Below, in pieces: positions 60,473 to 64,000 of a stretch of 64,000 nucleotides of DNA (position 1 is its first letter; each line of letters begins with the position of its first letter). The notes under the pieces are model-generated. The model was given only the letters and a program-made list of their open reading frames with translations. It was not told the origin of the DNA and ran no database searches. The stretch is from Selaginella moellendorffii (taxonomy: Eukaryota > Plantae > Lycopodiophyta), in contig NW_003314397.1 of the NCBI RefSeq assembly GCF_000143415.4, positions 1 to 64,000 of the forward strand, given 5' to 3'. Made by a program: the position numbers and the translations under genes.

Positions 60473-62023
60473 ATGAGATCCTTGCAAAGTTCTAGCGATT
60501 CTTCCTCCCCCAGTAGCAAGATCCATGTCGTGGTCGTTCCCCTGCCCGCGCAAGGCCATATGTCCCCAATGATCCATCTCTGCAAGCTCATCGCTCGAGA
60601 TCCAAGCTTCACGATCTCCTTGGTCAATGTGGCTCGGCTTGACCACCGAGAAAGTAAGCTTGGGGAGTGGAGTCCCACGAGACTGTGTTCTCCACAGGAA
60701 CAGCGTCAAACATTCGTTTCGCGTCCTCCACGCGCCCATTTGCCCCATAGGCCGTGACAATGGTATTCCACGAGAAGAGGTTCCACGGCGGCATCTTCCG
60801 AGACGGGGACTGCGAGAGTTCTATCCCCGCAATCTCGCCATAAGCCTGCACCATTCCATTCCAGGTCCTGTGAAGCATGGAATGAAACATACCGATCGCC
60901 TCGTCCATGCTCCCGTGGCGAATGCTCGAGGAGATGACGACGTTCCAGCAGAAAGCTTCCCAGTTGAGCACCTTTTCCAGAAGCTTTCTCGAGGAAGAAA
61001 GACGTCCTTTTTCCGCAAATAGAGCCACGAAGGCCGTCCAAGAAAGAACGTTCCTTTTCCGCATTCCTCCAAACACTTGGACCAGGCCCTGGAGCTCACC
61101 GTGCTGCGCATACGCATTGTGTTCCAGGAGGTGAGTGCCTTCTCCGTCATCATTGACTACGTCCGAGGAGTGAAGCCCCTCCGCCTGGCCGATGTGCCCG
61201 ATTACATGCAGGGCGAGAAGGTGTGGAAGGAGATTTGCATCAAACGCTCCCCCGTCGTGAAGCGCGCGCGATGGGTCCTCGTCAATTCCTTCTACGACCT
61301 CGAGGCGCCCACCTTCGATTTCATGGCCAGCGAGCTCGGACCTAGATTTATCCCCGCGGGGCCACAGTTTTTGCTCGACGATTCCAGGAAGAATGTGGTG
61401 CTTCGCCCCGAGAACGAGGATTGCCTTGGCTGGATGGATGAGCAGGAGCCTGGATCGGTGCTCTACATCTCGTTTGGCAGCGTCGCGGTGCTGAGCGTGG
61501 AGCAATTCGAGGAGCTCGCGGGAGCTCTCGAGGCATCGAAGAAGCCATTCTTGTGGGTGATTCGACCTGAGCTGGTGGTGGGTGGTCACTCGAACGAATC
61601 TTACAATGGGTTTTGCGAGAGGACCAAGAACCAGGGATTCATCGTTTCCTGGGCGCCACAGCTGAGAGTTCTCGCCCATCCCTCCATGGGAGCGTTTCTC
61701 ACGCACTGCGGATGGAATTCCGTCCAGGAGAGCATCGCTAATGGCATTCCAATGCTGGGGTGGCCTTACGGGGGCGAGCAAAGCACCAACTGTAAGTTCA
61801 TAGTGGAGGACTGGAAGATCGGGGTTAGATTCTCCAAGACTGGTGCAGGGATTGATCGAGCGAGGAGAGATTGAGGCCGGCATAAAAAAGGTGATGGATA
61901 GCGAGGAGGGGAAGAAGATGAAGAAGAGAGTGGAGAACTTGAAGATCCTTGCGAGGAAAGCTATGGACAAAGAGAATAGGAAGTCGTTTCGTGGCCTCCA
62001 GGGATGGCTGGAAGATCTCAAAG
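60473..62023 (+). pseudogene. Chimeric UDP-glycosyltransferase pseudogene (tandem duplicate of 62213-63795)
   Basis: Near-identical N-terminus to 60632, middle replaced by a PPR fragment, PSPG box retained, frameshift near 61840, C-terminus fused to the next copy's promoter. Confidence 0.88.
60633..61140 (-). pseudogene. PPR (PLS/SS-type) gene fragment embedded antisense in the UGT pseudogene
   Basis: Minus-strand translation AYAQHGELQ..VF..M..RNVLSWT, NLFSWNTIVTAYGANGRVEDAKRMFDAVP. Confidence 0.82.
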
Positions 62024-62212
62024 CTATGACTGGAACAATGAAAAGTCACACTTGCCCGAATAAACACAACTTCTGCAAAAGCTGGTCGATGTGTACGATC
62101 AAATGGAAAACAACCAACTGGCTGGACAAGATTCTCGTGGATAAAGTGATGGTTCTATGGTTATAAGATCCGCATGGATCAATTCTCAGAGTGGGAAGAG
62201 ACCTAAGAAATC

Positions 62213-63795
62213 ATGAGATCCTTGCGAAGTTCTAGCGATTCTTCCTCCCCCAGTAGCAAGATCCATGTCGTGGTCGTTCCCCTGCCCGAGCAAGGCCATA
62301 TGTCCCCAATGATCCATCTCTGCAAGCTCATCGCTCGAGATCCAAGCTTCACGATCTCCTTGGTCAATGTGGACAGCCTCCACGACGAGTTCGTCAAGCA
62401 CTGGGTGGCGCCGGCGGGGCTGGAAGATCTGCGCCTCCATTCCATCCCATACTCGTGGCAGCTCCCGCTAGGAGCCGATGCCCACGCGCAGAGAAATCTG
62501 GCGGAATGGTTCACGGCATCCGCGCGAGAGCTCCCAGGCGGCCTCGAGGATTTGATCCGCAAGCTCGGGGAGGAGGGTGATCCGGTCAACTGCATCATCT
62601 CGGATTACTTCTGCGATTGGAGCCAGGATGTGGCGGATGTGTTTGGCATCCCCAGGATCATTCTTTGGTCAGGAACCGCGGCATGGACGAGCTTGGAGTA
62701 CCACATTCCAGAGCTTCTGGAGAAGGATCACATATTTCCTAGCAGAGGTACGAATCTTTGAATTTACCATGAACATTAGTTCTTTTCCTCCTTCCCTTAT
62801 TCAAATTTTGCCTGTTCTTCCCCGATTCGTGCGCAGGGAGAGCTTCCCCGGAGGAGGTCAATTCCGTGATCATCGACTACGTCCGAGGAGTCAAGCCGCT
62901 CCGCCTGGCCGATGTGCCCGATTACATGCAGGGCAACGAGGTGTGGAAGGAGATTTGCATCAAGCGCTCCCCCGTCGTGAAGCGCGCGCGATGGGTCCTC
63001 GTCAATTCCTTCTACGACCTCGAGGCGCCCACCTTCGATTTCATGGCCAGGGAGCTCGGGCCTCGATTCATCCCCGCGGGGCCACTGTTCTTGCTCGACG
63101 ATTCCAGGAAGAATGTGGTGCTTCGCCCGGAGAACGAGGATTGCCTTGGCTGGATGGATGAGCAGGAGCCTGGATCGGTGCTCTACATCTCGNNNNNNNN
63201 NNNNNNNNNNNNNNNNNNNNNNNNNNNNNNNNNNNNNNNNNNNNNNNNNNNNNNNNNNNNNNNNNNNNNNNNNNNNNNNNNNNNNNNNNNNNCATTCTTG
63301 TGGGTGATTCGATCCGAGCTCGTGGTGGGTGGACACTCAAATGAATCCTACGATGGGTTTTGCGAGAGGACCAAGAACCAAGGATTCATCGTTTCCTGGG
63401 CGCCACAGCTGAAAGTTCTCGCCCATCCCTCCATGGGAGCGTTTCTCACGCACTGCGGATGGAATTCCATCCAGGAGAGCATCACACACGGGATTCCAAT
63501 GCTGGGGTGGCCTTACGGGGCCGAGCAAAACACCAACTGTAAGTTCATAGTGGAGGACTGGAAGATCGGGGTTAGATTCTCCAAGACCGCGATGCAGGGA
63601 TTGATCGAGCGAGGAGAGATCGAGGACGGCATAAGAAAGGTGATGGATAGCGAGGAGGGGAAGGAAATGAAGGAGAGAGTGGAGAGCTTGAAGATCCTTG
63701 CCAGGAAAGCCATGGACAAAGAGCATGGGAAATCGTTTCGTGGCGTCCAAGCATTCTTGGAAGATCTCAAAGGTTTGAAGATCCATCGCGAGTGA
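62213..63795 (+). CDS. Family-1 UDP-glycosyltransferase (exons 62213-62747, 62837-63795)
   Basis: HVVVVPLP.QGHMSP, CIISD and PSPG box WAPQLKVLAHPSMGAFLTHCGWNSIQES...WPYGAEQ. An N gap at 63193-63292 lies inside exon 2. Confidence 0.92.
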
Positions 63796-64000
63796 GTGAA
63801 AGATCCATTCTTTGAAGAGAACTTTAAGAACTTTGTACCAGTTCTCAAGATAATTAATGTTCCAACTTCTTTGATCCATACCGGTTTCTTCCTCACTGAG
63901 ATTGCGCATAAGCATTGGAAAGCCAGACGCAGAGCGCAGGAGGTGCCAACATCCCTGCGGCGATCCTGGCTGCTCGATCCGACTCCGAGTTGAGAAATCC

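Noticed and set aside
60624-62021. 465-aa minus ORF as a real PPR gene
   Set aside because: The first ~290 aa are antisense UGT; only the tail is a PPR fragment.
63193-63292. Insertion in the UGT relative to its paralog
   Set aside because: Nominal 100-N gap; the paralog has 73 nt here. Gaps at 812-911 and 1934-2033 are likewise nominal.

Overview
Plant nuclear DNA, most likely the lycophyte Selaginella. This is inferred from ~50-90 nt introns, very dense genes, an MFT-type PEBP and PLS/DYW PPR genes. Bases ~1-26.3 kb are mostly an AT-rich stack of nested retroelements around one intact THESEUS1-like CrRLK1L kinase. The stack holds several decayed copies of a short-LTR Gypsy family, two 5S-carrying Cassandra TRIMs, a probable second TRIM, and one young full-length chromovirus (14449-20008, TSD GGAGG). 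That element has a Tf1-type self-priming PBS and a GGGAAAC -1 frameshift signal. Bases ~27-64 kb are gene-dense: a Pro-rich membrane protein, UVSSA, ABC1 kinase, TPR protein, RING-H2 E3, group-X ERF, CABIN1, an equilibrative nucleoside transporter, an LRR-RLP pseudogene with a 36-bp perfect hairpin, MFT, IMPACT/Yih1, a PPR-DYW gene and two tandem UGTs, the first patched with a PPR fragment. The most striking observation is that the whole intronless 2.6-kb PPR-DYW ORF appears to fill a same-strand 5'-UTR intron of IMPACT. The donor lies 24 nt before the PPR ATG and the acceptor 9 nt before the IMPACT ATG, so one promoter could yield either protein by splicing or intron retention. All coordinates and splice models were read by eye.
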